NCBI GenBank assembly: GCA_963700855.1
Contig: CAVOYV010000001.1
Coordinates: 379,932 to 443,931, forward strand
DNA: 64,000 nt
DNA from: an uncultured Actinomycetes bacterium
Lineage (GTDB): Bacteria > Actinomycetota > UBA4738 > HRBIN12
Direction: 5' to 3'
The translations under genes and the position numbers were made by a program. Under the pieces are notes generated by a model. The model ran no database searches. It was not told the DNA's origin and was given only the letters and a program-made list of their open reading frames with translations. Shown here one piece after another: positions 20,120 through 29,761 of the stretch. How positions within the stretch are numbered: the stretch's first letter is position 1; each line of letters starts with the position of its first letter.

Positions 20120-21269
20120 GATGCGACCCGGGCGCCGCGGTCCCGGCCGCTGCCCGCCACACGAACACGGACCCCTCGGGTCCGCTCGACGCGAGGTCCA
20201 CGTCGCCGTCCATCGCGCGTGCCCACAGCCGGGCGAGGCTGAGCCCGAGCCCCGCTCCCTGATGGGTTCGGGTCAGCAGGTCCTCCTCCTGCTCGAGGGG
20301 TTCGAAGATCCTGGCCGCGGCGACGGGGTCGATCCCGGGGCCGTGGTCGATCACCCGCACCTCGGGACCGGCGGGACCCAGGGAGACGTCGACCACGACC
20401 TCGGCGGGGTCCTCGGACAGCGCGAGTGCGTTGCCCACCAGCTCCTCCAGGATCTGTGAGCCTGCGGTCCGGTTCAGCGTCGCCATCACGGGCGCGTCGG
20501 GGGCGACGACGCGCACGCGGGGATGCTCCGCGGCGACGTCGCGGGCGATCTCGCTGAGGTTCGCCCACTCGGTCAGGCCCGCCTCGACGGCAGCCTCGAA
20601 GCGCTTCACGAGCCGTGCGAGCCCTTCGGCCCGTTCGACGAGGGTGTCGAGCGCCAGGTCGAGCTCAGCTTCCGTGAGGGTGCGTCGGCGAAGGGTCTGC
20701 GCGACGCCCAGGACGACGGTGACCGGGGTGCGCAGCTCATGGCCCAGACGCCCGATCAGCTGTTGACGCCGCGCCGCCCGCTCCAGCAGGGCCTCCTGGG
20801 CGGCCTCGAGCTGGCGAGCGCGGCGACGCTCGCGCTCGAGGGCCTCGGTGAGCTCTTCGATCACGGTGGGCGTGACCTCAGGGGACAGCAGCGCGCCGCC
20901 GGTCGCGGCCTCCCGGACCGCGTGGACGATGTCGTCGCCCGCCGAGTCCTTCAAGACGTAGCCAGACGCGCCGGCCACGAGCATGTCGCGCACGGCTCGC
21001 TGCTCCTCCATCCCGGTCAGCGCGACGACACCGATCCCTCGGTCGAGCGCCTTGAGACGTCGGGTCGTCTCGATCCCGTCCATCCCGGGCATCCTCAGGT
21101 CCATCAGGACCACGTCGGGGCGGGTTCCGGGTATCAATGCGAGCGCCTCTGCGCCCGAGCCGGCCTGACCGACGACCTCGAGGTCCTCGCCGTGGAGCAG
21201 GGCGGCCAAGGAGTCGCGGAACCCCTCGTTGTCGTCGACCACCAGGACCCGCACGCGGGTCGGAGCCAT
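20112..21269 (-). CDS. hybrid two-component protein: N-terminal NarL-type receiver domain fused to HisKA + HATPase_c; no transmembrane segment
   Basis: REC domain with VVLMDLRMPGMDG (phospho-Asp) and GASGYVLKD. H-box LGHELRTP and a G-box (HGPGIDP...GLGL). Start at M(APTRVRVLVVDD); upstream ORF extension looks non-coding. Convergent with rodA (8-nt overlap). Confidence 0.75.
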   Translation of the reverse strand: MAPTRVRVLVVDDNEGFRDSLAALLHGEDLEVVGQAGSGAEALALIPGTRPDVVLMDLRMPGMDGIETTRRLKALDRGIGVVALTGMEEQRAVRDMLVAGASGYVLKDSAGDDIVHAVREAATGGALLSPEVTPTVIEELTEALERERRRARQLEAAQEALLERAARRQQLIGRLGHELRTPVTVVLGVAQTLRRRTLTEAELDLALDTLVERAEGLARLVKRFEAAVEAGLTEWANLSEIARDVAAEHPRVRVVAPDAPVMATLNRTAGSQILEELVGNALALSEDPAEVVVDVSLGPAGPEVRVIDHGPGIDPVAAARIFEPLEQEEDLLTRTHQGAGLGLSLARLWARAMDGDVDLASSGPEGSVFVWRAAAGTAAPGSHLT

Positions 21270-21401
21270 CCTGCCGAGCGAACCGGCGGGGGGAGGCGCA
21301 GGCGCCGCCGTTCGGAGGTTCATCGCTCTGGAAGCATCGACGTCCACGGGGGAGGGGGGTATCCGACGCACGAGGGGTTCCCTCCGGGGGACCCGGTGTC
21401 G

Positions 21402-21479
21402 GCCGGATGGCCCACACCGACTGCGGGTCTGGGGGACACGGTCCGATGCCCCGGCTTCGGAGGCTCCCGGCCATCCGGC
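21402..21479. promoter_or_regulatory. long-range hairpin (11-bp perfect GC-rich stem gccggatggcc/ggccatccggc, 56-nt loop) in the ~520-bp leader upstream of rne
   Basis: Perfect inverted repeat at 21402-21412 and 21469-21479, lying between the divergent kinase gene (start 21269) and the rne start (21793). Confidence 0.4.
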
Positions 21480-21792
21480 TGCTATCCTCGCAAGCAGACG
21501 TGCCCGACGGAGATCGATATCCCGGTCCCCGAGCGGGGAAGCAGGACCACCGAGGAGGCGCGCGCTAGGCGCCGGCTCACCCCGATCCGCGGGGTGCCGA
21601 CGCGCCGGGTCGCAGTCGCCGGAACGGACACGAGCAGGTGCGCGACGACGCACGGAACCTGGCGCGCGGGACGATCCGCAGCGCAGGCTCCGGCACCGCA
21701 TCGCATCGCCCCACCGCCCTTCGCGGGCGAGCGGGCATCCCTCCCGTGCCGTCCCCGGGCGCGCCCCCTCGCCGATGAGCGAAGGGAGCTCC

Positions 21793-23985
21793 ATGGATCA
21801 CGACACCGACGTCACCCGCGCATCCGCGCCGGTCGACACCCCCACCCCCAGCTCCGCCTCCGGCGATGGGACGAGCGATGGCTCGACCCCGCCGGGCGAG
21901 GGAGCCTCGCCGACCGGCGCAGGGGGCACCACAGCAGGAGCCGGTGCGCCCCGCCGTCGCCGTCGCCGCGGCGGGCGCGGCCGCGGCGGGCGTGGAGGCG
22001 GCGGTGCCGCGGCCGCGAGCGCCGACCGGTCGGGCGATGACGCCGAGGCGACCGCCGACGTACCCGAGAGCCCGACGGCCTCGGCGGCTCGCGGGAGCCA
22101 AGGCCAGGGAGCCCGTGGCCAAGGTGGCCAGCGCGCCCGACAGGCGACCCCGAAGTCCGCCGCGTCGACGTCCCGCCCGGATGCTGAAGGCTCGGATACG
22201 GGAGGTCTTGACACGAAGGCGACGAACGAGCCCAAGGCAGCGATCGGAGAGACCGCGCAGGGGGCACCGTCCTCGAACGGAGGCGACACCGGCGACGGTC
22301 CCTCGACGCCCAAGCCCCGGTCGCGCCGGCGGCGCGGCGGGCGCGGACGTGGAGGCAAGCCGAGGCCGGCCGCCGCGCCGCTGGATCGAGCCGACGAAGA
22401 CGTGGCCGAAGGGGTCGAGACCCCGGCCACCCAACGCGACGACGCGATGCCCGACGACGCGGCGATGACCGATCAGCGCCGGCCGCGCTCGGAGCAGGGC
22501 CAAGGCGGCCGCGGTCAGGGCCAGGCCAAGGGCCGCCGCAACCAGGGCAACCAGGGCGACCAGGGCCGATCCAAGAGCCAGCGAGACGCGGGTGGAGACG
22601 TCGCGAAGCCCGCGGCGGCCGCGACCCTCGAGGAGCGCGTCGCCGCCGGCGGTCCGACGCGAGGGATCAGGACCACCCGTTCGCGCACCGGGCGTGACGG
22701 CCGCCGCCGCCGCGAGTCGACGACCCCGCCGCCGCGTGCGACCGACAAGGTGATGGTCATCACCGAGAACGGCGAGCGCGACCAGATCGCGGTGCTCGAG
22801 GAGAACGTGCTCGTCCAGCACTACGTGACACGGATCGGTGCGACGTCGATGGTCGGCAACGTGTACCTCGGTCGCGTGCAGAACGTGTTGCCCGGGATGG
22901 AGGCGGCCTTCGTCGACGTGGGACGCGGCCGCAACGGCGTCCTGTACGCCGGCGAGGTGAACTACGACCCCGCCGACGTGGAGGGCCCGGCGCCGCGGAT
23001 CGAGCAGCTGCTGAAGCCCGGACAGGCGGTGATGGTGCAGGTCACGAAGGACCCGATGGGCGGCAAGGGGGCGCGCCTGACGGCGAACATCAGCCTTGCG
23101 GGCCGATACCTGGTCCTGGCGCCCGATCAGGACCTCCAGGGGATCAGCCGGCGCCTCGGCGACGACGCGCGCAAGCGTCTCAAGGCGATGCTCAAGCGCG
23201 TGAAGCCGCCCGAGCACGGCGTGATCGTGCGGACCGCGGCCGAAGGCGTCGACGAGTCGGTCCTCGAGACCGATCTGCGTCGCCTGCTGTCGATCTGGGA
23301 CCAGATCCAGTCGCGGGCGAAGCGGGCCAAGGCCCCGGCGGTCCTGTACGAGGAGCCCGAGCTCACGGTGCGCGCGGTCCGCGACCTGTTCACCGACGAG
23401 GAATTCAAGGGGTTGGTGACGGACTCGCCTCGGGTCCACGAGGAGGTCATGGGATACCTGGGAGAGGTCGCCCCCGACCTGGCCGCGAAGGTCCAGCTGC
23501 ACGAGGGACCCCTGCCCGCGTTCGAGGAGCACCGGATCGTCGAGCAGATCCACAAGGCGCTCGACAAGAAGGTGTGGCTCCCGTCGGGCGGCTACCTGTT
23601 CATCGAGCGCACCGAGGCCATGACGATCGTCGACGTCAACACCGGCAAGAGCGTCGGCAAGACCAACCTCGAAGAGACCGTCGTGAACACGAACCTCGAG
23701 GCGGCCCGGGAGGTCGCGCGGCAGCTGCGCCTGCGCGACATCGGCGGGATGATCGTGGTCGACTTCATCGACATGCTGCTCGAGAAGAACAAGAAGCAGG
23801 TCGAGGACACGATGCGCGAGGAGTTGGCCCAGGACAAGACCCGGTCGCAGGTCTTCGAGATCGGCCCGCTCGGTCTGATGCAGGTGACCCGCAAGCGGGT
23901 ATCCTCGGGTCTCGTCGAGTCGTTCTCGGAGACGTGCCCCACCTGCGAGGGACGGGGCTTCCTCCTCACCTACGACGTGAACTGA
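21793..23985 (+). CDS. rne: ribonuclease E/G family endoribonuclease with a ~290-aa disordered Arg/Gly-rich N-terminal arm
   Basis: GGGAG RBS. Disordered arm with two RRRRRGGRGRGG-type segments. S1 and catalytic domains follow (VYLGRVQNVLPGMEAAFVDVG ... DFIDM ... CPTCEGRG Zn-link), and the protein ends shortly after. Confidence 0.85.
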   Translation: MDHDTDVTRASAPVDTPTPSSASGDGTSDGSTPPGEGASPTGAGGTTAGAGAPRRRRRRGGRGRGGRGGGGAAAASADRSGDDAEATADVPESPTASAARGSQGQGARGQGGQRARQATPKSAASTSRPDAEGSDTGGLDTKATNEPKAAIGETAQGAPSSNGGDTGDGPSTPKPRSRRRRGGRGRGGKPRPAAAPLDRADEDVAEGVETPATQRDDAMPDDAAMTDQRRPRSEQGQGGRGQGQAKGRRNQGNQGDQGRSKSQRDAGGDVAKPAAAATLEERVAAGGPTRGIRTTRSRTGRDGRRRRESTTPPPRATDKVMVITENGERDQIAVLEENVLVQHYVTRIGATSMVGNVYLGRVQNVLPGMEAAFVDVGRGRNGVLYAGEVNYDPADVEGPAPRIEQLLKPGQAVMVQVTKDPMGGKGARLTANISLAGRYLVLAPDQDLQGISRRLGDDARKRLKAMLKRVKPPEHGVIVRTAAEGVDESVLETDLRRLLSIWDQIQSRAKRAKAPAVLYEEPELTVRAVRDLFTDEEFKGLVTDSPRVHEEVMGYLGEVAPDLAAKVQLHEGPLPAFEEHRIVEQIHKALDKKVWLPSGGYLFIERTEAMTIVDVNTGKSVGKTNLEETVVNTNLEAAREVARQLRLRDIGGMIVVDFIDMLLEKNKKQVEDTMREELAQDKTRSQVFEIGPLGLMQVTRKRVSSGLVESFSETCPTCEGRGFLLTYDVN

Positions 23986-24018
23986 GCGTTCCGCAGACGG
24001 ATCGAAAGGACCCCAACG

Positions 24019-24327
24019 ATGTATGCGGTGATCAAGACCGGCGGCAAGCAGCACAAGGTCAAGGCCGGTGACGTGATCGAGATCGAGAAGATCGTCACCG
24101 AGGATGAGACCATCACCTTCCAGCCGCTGCTCGTGGTGGACGACGACGGCACGACCCACGCGGGCCAGGCCGCCTCGAAGGCCACCGTCACCGCGAAGCC
24201 CCTCGGCGAGACGAAGGGCGACAAGGTCAAGATCTTCAAGTACCGGCCGAAGACCGGTTACGCGAAGCGCGGCGGTCATCGTCAGCAGCTCACGCTTATC
24301 GAGATCCAAGACGTGAAGCTGGGCTGA
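24019..24327 (+). CDS. rplU: 50S ribosomal protein L21
   Basis: [14 protein letters not shown]... is a canonical L21 N-terminus. Confidence 0.95.
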   Translation: MYAVIKTGGKQHKVKAGDVIEIEKIVTEDETITFQPLLVVDDDGTTHAGQAASKATVTAKPLGETKGDKVKIFKYRPKTGYAKRGGHRQQLTLIEIQDVKLG

Positions 24328-24358
24328 CGCCCCGCTCGTTCGATACGCTGGAGGACCT

Positions 24359-24610
24359 ATGGCACACAAGAAGGGCGGCGGCTCGTCCCGCAACGGCCGC
24401 GACTCGAACCCCAAGCGCCTCGGCGTGAAGGCCTACGGCGGCCAGACGGTCACCGCGGGCTCGATCATCGTGCGCCAGCGCGGGACCAGGATCCACCCCG
24501 GCGAGGGCGTGGGCAAGGGCGGGGACGACACGCTGTTCGCCACGCGGCCGGGCGTCGTGACCTTCACCGAATCACGCGGTCGCAAGTACGCGACGATCGT
24601 CGAGCGCTAG
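24359..24610 (+). CDS. rpmA: 50S ribosomal protein L27
   Basis: [24 protein letters not shown]... is a canonical L27. Confidence 0.95.
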   Translation: MAHKKGGGSSRNGRDSNPKRLGVKAYGGQTVTAGSIIVRQRGTRIHPGEGVGKGGDDTLFATRPGVVTFTESRGRKYATIVER

Positions 24611-25053
24611 TCCGGCGAGCGGCCTGTCTCCGACCTCGCCGCCAGGATCTTCGCCCTCGTTTCCGTCGCCCACCCCTCGATCGTGGGTCGCAGCGTCCTC
24701 CCGCGTCCGGCGAGGTACCCCGTGTTGTCACGCCGCTGGCGGCGCTGCGACGGCTTGCGCCGGGTCGCCTCGCGCAGCGAGAGCGTGGCGGGGTCCGGTG
24801 GGTGGAGCGGTGGCGGCTCGGTGAAGTAGAAGGCCGTCTCGCCCAGCGTCCGGTCGACGTGCCGGACCACCAGCACCGGCGAGCCTCGAAGCCGCTTCGC
24901 GGTCTCCACGTCCACGAACCGCAGTCGTGTCATGGCGCCGTCGTCGTCCTCGAACACGAGGGCGTCGTCGCTCATCGAGAGCGTCCCCCGCACGTCGATC
25001 GGCTCCCGTCCGCGGACGAGCTCGACCTTCCAGACGGCGACGGGCTCCGGCAT
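24607..25053 (-). CDS. hypothetical protein (possible PH-like N-terminal domain, basic C-terminal tail), inserted antisense between rpmA and obgE
   Basis: 148-aa ORF with protein-like composition. Convergent with rpmA (4-nt overlap). No recognisable catalytic motifs. Confidence 0.45.
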   Translation of the reverse strand: MPEPVAVWKVELVRGREPIDVRGTLSMSDDALVFEDDDGAMTRLRFVDVETAKRLRGSPVLVVRHVDRTLGETAFYFTEPPPLHPPDPATLSLREATRRKPSQRRQRRDNTGYLAGRGRTLRPTIEGWATETRAKILAARSETGRSPD

Positions 25054-25099
25054 GGCTCCATCTTGCCCAGGCCACCTGAGGGGCGACCACCTACGCTAG

Positions 25100-26358
25100 G
25101 TGGACATGGCGTTCGTCGACGAGTGCACGGTGTGGGTCCAGGCGGGCCGCGGTGGCGACGGCTCGGTCTCCAGGCACTCCGAGCCGTACAAGCCCAAAGG
25201 GGGTCCCGACGGCGGCAACGGCGGCCCCGGAGGTTCGGTGATCTTCGAGGTGACGTCCGGTGTGCACGACCTCGGGTGGCTCGCCGACCACCCCCATCAG
25301 CGGGCGGCGAGCGGCGGTCCCGGTCGCTCGGCCCGCCGTGACGGCGCCGCCGGCAAGGATCTGGTCATCTCCGTGCCCGACGGGACGGTCATCTCCGACG
25401 AGGAAGGGCTGCTGGCCGACCTCGTGGGGGAGGGCGCGAGGGCGGTCGTCGCCCAGGGGGGCGGGGGGGTCGCGGCAACGTCCAGCTCGCGACCGCGAAG
25501 AACCGCCTTCCTCGCGTGGCCGAACCCGGTGAGGATGGCGACGCTCGACAGCTGCGGGTGGAGGTGCGGACCGTCGCCGACGTGGGCCTCGTCGGCCTCC
25601 CGAACGCCGGGAAGTCCACCCTGCTCGGCCGGATGACCGCCGCGCGGCCCAAGATCGCGAACTACCCGTTCACGACGCTCACGCCGAACCTGGGCGTCGC
25701 TGGGGGCGACGGCGACCGGTTCGTCGTCGCCGACGTTCCGGGGTTGATCGAGGGCGCCCACGAGGGTCGCGGGCTCGGCCACCGGTTCCTGAGGCACGTC
25801 GTTCGGTGCCGCGCCCTGGTGCTGGTGGTCGACCTGGCCGTCGATGACCCCGCCACCGACCTCGCGGTCCTGCGGGCCGAGCTCGCCGCGTACGACCCCG
25901 AGCTCGGGGAGCGCCCGGCGCTCGTCGTGGGCACGAAGGCCGACCTGGTCGACGACCCGTCCACCGCGGCGGCCGGACTCGGCGCGGACACCCTCATCGT
26001 GTCCGCGATGTCAGGTGAGGGGATCGACGAGATGCTCGAGCGGGTCGGCCTGCTCGCCCACGAGGCTGCCGCGGAGGCCCCCGAGCGCCAGACGTACGTC
26101 GTGCTGCGGCCAGGGAAGCCCCGGTTCACCGTCACCCGGGACGACGCGGGCCGGTTCCACGTGAAGGGACGCAACGTCGAGCGGTGGGTGATGGAGACCG
26201 ACATCGACGACGAGCGACAGGTGGAGCGGCTCCAGCAGCTGCTGAAGAAGGAGGGCGTCGACCGCCGGCTCGCGGCGCTCGGGGCGAAGGTGGGCGACGA
26301 GATCGAGATCCGAGGTCGCGTCTTCGAGTACCTGGCGGACGAGGGTGGTGCGGGGTGA
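25100..26358 (+). CDS. obgE: GTPase Obg/CgtA (one apparent frameshift in G6/G7 homopolymers at 25456-25469)
   Basis: N-terminal Obg fold (FVDE..GGDG..GGNGG) in ORF 25100. G-domain (GLPNAGKST, DVPGLIEGA) and C-terminal domain in ORF 25516..26358. Confidence 0.85.
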
Positions 26359-27260
26359 CGACGGATCCCGGTGACCTGCTCGCGCAGGAGGAGGCTGCGT
26401 GGGTCGGGTTCGAGGGGGTCGTGCAGGCTGCGGGCGCTCGTCTCGAGGAACCAGGTCTCACGCCCGACGGGTGGACGGTGAAGGACGTGATCGTCCACGT
26501 CGGCGGGTGGCTGGACGACTGTGGGGCCGTCCTCGAGTCGATCGCCGCCGGAACGTGGGAGCCGTCGGCGCGTCCCGCCGAGACCGTCGAGCACCTCGCG
26601 CGGGTGAACGCCGGGCACATCGCGCTCGCCCGGGACATGTCCGTGGAGCAGGCTCGGGCGTTCGTGGACACGGCGCGGGCCCGTGCCCGCAGCGCGCTCT
26701 CGGCCCTCGGCCGGGTGAACGCCGAGGCCTGGAGCTGGTTCGAAGAAGCGGGCCCGATGCACTACGCGAAGCACGGCCACGACCTCGCCGCGTGGCTCGC
26801 GGGGGTGTCGTCGGATCCCCGGGTCGGCCCGCTGCTGCAGACCGAGGCCGAGGAGTGGGTGTCCTTCATGGACGTCCTCGAGGGGCTCGCACCCACGGCC
26901 ACCTTGCCGGATCCGGCCGGCTGGACGGTCCACGATGTGGCGTTCCACGTGGCGATGTGGCTCGAGGCCTCGGCGGCCGACCTGGAGGCGAACCGGGGAT
27001 GGGCACACGACGACGATCCGGGCGAGGCGGACCTGGTCGACGCGATGAACGACCGCTGGCGGGCCGAGGGCCGCGGGCTCGCGCCGGACGTGGTCCGCGC
27101 GCGCCTGAGCAGGGCGCGAGCCCGCCTCCGCGCCGCCCTGGCGGCGCTCCCGAGCCCGAGCGATCAGGCGCTGGGGTGGTTCGAGGCGAACACGTGCGAG
27201 CACTACGACGAGCACCTGCCACACCTGCGCCTGGCGGGTCGGCAGGGACGCGGCGGGTAG
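26355..27260 (+). CDS. DinB/MDMPI_N-like tandem-domain protein (two repeats of a TVKDVxxHVxxW / [14 protein letters not shown]-type motif)
   Basis: GTG overlaps the obgE stop (GTGA). Two homologous halves of ~140 aa each; family assignment is from memory of the DinB_2/mycothiol-dependent isomerase N-domain pattern. Confidence 0.6.
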   Translation: MTTDPGDLLAQEEAAWVGFEGVVQAAGARLEEPGLTPDGWTVKDVIVHVGGWLDDCGAVLESIAAGTWEPSARPAETVEHLARVNAGHIALARDMSVEQARAFVDTARARARSALSALGRVNAEAWSWFEEAGPMHYAKHGHDLAAWLAGVSSDPRVGPLLQTEAEEWVSFMDVLEGLAPTATLPDPAGWTVHDVAFHVAMWLEASAADLEANRGWAHDDDPGEADLVDAMNDRWRAEGRGLAPDVVRARLSRARARLRAALAALPSPSDQALGWFEANTCEHYDEHLPHLRLAGRQGRGG

Positions 27261-27270
27261 TATCGCGACG

Positions 27271-27867
27271 ATGGGCACCCGGCTCGGGATCATGGGCGGC
27301 ACGTTCGACCCGATCCACTACGGACACCTCGTCACCGCCGAAGAGGCGCTGCACCAGTTCGCGCTGGACGAGGTCGTGTTCGTCCCCACGGGGCAGCCGT
27401 GGATGAAGGAGCACGGGAGCGTCTCCCCGGCGGAGGACCGGTACCTGATGACGGTGATCGCCACGGCGTCGAACCCACGGTTCCGTGTGTCGCGCCTGGA
27501 GGTCGACCGCGAGGGCACCACGTACACCGTCGACACGCTGCGGAGCCTGAGGGCCGAGATCGGTGACGGGGCCGACCTGTTCTTCGTCTCGGGCGCGGAC
27601 GCGATCCTTGAGATCTTCCAGTGGAAGGATCCGGAGGAGCTGTTCGCGCTCGCGCACTTCATCGCGGCCACCCGCCCGGGCTACGACATCGACGCGTTCG
27701 AGGCCACCGCGCCCACGAGCCTGCCCGGGGTCACGGTGATGAACATCCCGGCGCTCGCGATCAGCTCCACGGACGTCCGCGACCGCGTCGCGGCTGGACG
27801 ACCGATCCGGTACCTGGTCCCCGAGGGTGTGAACAGCTACGTGGCGAAGGCGGGCCTGTACCGGTGA
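27271..27867 (+). CDS. nadD: nicotinate-nucleotide adenylyltransferase
   Basis: [15 protein letters not shown] (HxGH) and SSTDVR motifs. Confidence 0.9.
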   Translation: MGTRLGIMGGTFDPIHYGHLVTAEEALHQFALDEVVFVPTGQPWMKEHGSVSPAEDRYLMTVIATASNPRFRVSRLEVDREGTTYTVDTLRSLRAEIGDGADLFFVSGADAILEIFQWKDPEELFALAHFIAATRPGYDIDAFEATAPTSLPGVTVMNIPALAISSTDVRDRVAAGRPIRYLVPEGVNSYVAKAGLYR

Positions 27868-28898
27868 GGCTGGACCGCCGCCGGCGCCTCGCGCCGATCG
27901 CGGCGCTGGCCGCCGGCGTCCTCCTGGTGGTCGCGGTGGCGTGGTGGGCCGCACGCGATGAGGGAGCCGACGTGCCGGCTCCGGGGTCGTCGTCCGGCGC
28001 GGTGCCCACCGAGCTGGGGGTGCTGTCCGTCACGGGGGCGCGCCAAGCCATGCTCGCCGTCGTCGGCGCGGGGGGTGGGGCCGGGCCTGCCGCGCTCGTG
28101 CTGCCGCCCGGCACCACCGTCGTCGCGCCCGGCCAGGGAGAGAGCACCGTTGAGGAGGTCCAGGCGCTCCCCGGTGAGGGGATGCGGATCGCGGTGTCGA
28201 ACGCGGTCGGAGCGTGGGCGTCCCACTTCGGGGTCGTCGACCTCGACGGCCTGTCGCAGGCGGTCGATCGCGTCGGCGGGCTCTCGGTCGATCTGCCAGA
28301 CCCTGTCACGCTCGACGGCGAGGTCGTGGGACCGGGCGAGACCACGATGACCGGACCCCAGGTGGCCGCGTTCCTCGAGGACGCCGCCGACGAGACGTCG
28401 GTCCGGTGGCTGCTCGTGCTGGAGTCGCTGCTGGCCGGATCCGTGCTCGAGGAGGGTGATCTCCTCGAGTCGGACGACGCTGCCGCGTTCGTCGACCTCC
28501 TCGGTGGAGCGGAGGGAGCCAGCCCCGGGTTGATGCCGACGCAGGTGGTCGGCGGGACCACGACGATCGCTGCTCAGCCCGAGACCGACGAGTTGATGGG
28601 ACAGCTCTTCGGGACCGCGGCCCCCACCCCGGTGGTCGTCGAGAACGGCTCGGGGGAAGCGGGGGTCGGCGAGTTGGTTGGCGCGCGGATCATCCCCGAG
28701 GGGTTCCGCATCGTCGTCTCGGGGAACGCCGAGTCGTTCCGGTACGAGGTGACGCAGATCACGGCGACGGGCGACGAGCATGTGGACGATGCCGATGCGA
28801 TCCGCGACGCGCTCGGAACCGGAGAGGTGCAGGTGACGCAGGTACCATCGGGTCTCGCCGATGTGGTGGTCGTGACAGGGAGGGATCTCGAGGCATGA
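27864..28898 (+). CDS. membrane-anchored hypothetical protein, probably LytR_C-domain family
   Basis: GTG overlaps the nadD stop. Single N-terminal transmembrane segment, then an Ala/Gly/Val-rich extracytoplasmic region. An equivalent gene sits between nadD and rsfS in other actinobacteria (from memory). Confidence 0.55.
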   Translation: MRLDRRRRLAPIAALAAGVLLVVAVAWWAARDEGADVPAPGSSSGAVPTELGVLSVTGARQAMLAVVGAGGGAGPAALVLPPGTTVVAPGQGESTVEEVQALPGEGMRIAVSNAVGAWASHFGVVDLDGLSQAVDRVGGLSVDLPDPVTLDGEVVGPGETTMTGPQVAAFLEDAADETSVRWLLVLESLLAGSVLEEGDLLESDDAAAFVDLLGGAEGASPGLMPTQVVGGTTTIAAQPETDELMGQLFGTAAPTPVVVENGSGEAGVGELVGARIIPEGFRIVVSGNAESFRYEVTQITATGDEHVDDADAIRDALGTGEVQVTQVPSGLADVVVVTGRDLEA

Positions 28899-29299
28899 GC
28901 GGGTCGGAGATCGGGGCGGTCGGGCTGCCGGCCAGCCGAGACGTGGCGCGGGCGGCCGCGCGGGCGGCCGAGGACAAGCTGGCCGAACGCGTCGTCGTGC
29001 TCGACGTTCACGAGCTGATCGTGATCACCGACTTCTTCGTGATCTGCTCGGCGACGAGCGAACGCCAGCTCAAGACCGTGATCGACGCGGTCGAGGACGC
29101 CGTGCGCGCCGACCTCGGCGTCAGGCCGGTCCGCCGCGAGGGCGAGGCCGGCGCAGGCTGGTGGCTGCTCGACTACGTCGACGTCGTCGTCCATGTGTTC
29201 GGGCAGGAGGAACGCGAGTACTACGACCTGGAGCGCCTATGGCGCGACGCCCCGAGGCTGCCCCTGGGCGACGAGCCCCAGGCCGCCTCCGGCGGGTAG
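28895..29299 (+). CDS. rsfS: ribosomal silencing factor RsfS (Iojap)
   Basis: ...VVLDV...ITDFFVICSATSERQLKTV...DYVDVVVHVF... is the canonical Iojap/RsfS pattern. ATGA overlap with the upstream gene. Confidence 0.9.
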   Translation: MSGSEIGAVGLPASRDVARAAARAAEDKLAERVVVLDVHELIVITDFFVICSATSERQLKTVIDAVEDAVRADLGVRPVRREGEAGAGWWLLDYVDVVVHVFGQEEREYYDLERLWRDAPRLPLGDEPQAASGG

Positions 29300-29326
29300 G
29301 CATCCGATAGGATTGAACCTCCGAAC

Positions 29327-29402
29327 GGGCCCATAGCTCAGCTGGTAGAGCGCTTGGCTGGCAGCCAAGAGGTCCGGGGTTCGAGTCCCCGTGGGTCCAC
29401 CG
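29327..29402 (+). tRNA. tRNA-Ala (anticodon GGC), with G3:U70 identity pair; CC of CCA encoded
   Basis: GGGCCCATAGCTCAGCTGGTAGAGCGCTTGGCTGGCAGCCAAGAGGTCCGGGGTTCGAGTCCCCGTGGGTCCACC folds into a cloverleaf. The 7-nt anticodon loop is CTGGCAG and the T-loop is GGTTCGAGTCC. Confidence 0.9.
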
Positions 29403-29761
29403 ATCGGCACCGTTCGCCCAGCCGGCTGCCGGATACCTTCGAGATCGAACGAGTCGCGCGTACGGAGTTGGCCCGGGGTGGTCCGACGGCCGGGCCGAGC
29501 GACGTGCACATCTCGCAGGTCGTCGAGCACGGGCTGCGGCACCTCGCGTGGCTGGTGGCCGAGGACGACGCGATCCACGACGCGCTCGAGGCCTGGGCGG
29601 GGCCACTCGGGGAGTACCGGACCGAACCGTTCCGCGCGTTCGGTACGGAGCCAGGCGCCTGAGCCGCCCCGCCACGGTCCCGTCAGCGCCGGGCAGGACG
29701 TCCACGGCCACCGGTAGTCCTTCCTGCCTAGACTGCGGCGGACGTACAGGAAGGATGCGAG

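Noticed and set aside
21900-22400. Repetitive DNA within rne as possible CRISPR or tandem-repeat element
   Set aside because: The repeats are imperfect, in-frame and encode the RGG/Arg-rich disordered arm. There are no spacer-repeat periodicity or cas genes.
21577-24414. 945-aa minus-strand ORF antisense to rne/rplU/rpmA
   Set aside because: GC-driven spurious ORF. The opposite strand encodes RNase E and ribosomal proteins L21/L27 with canonical sequences.
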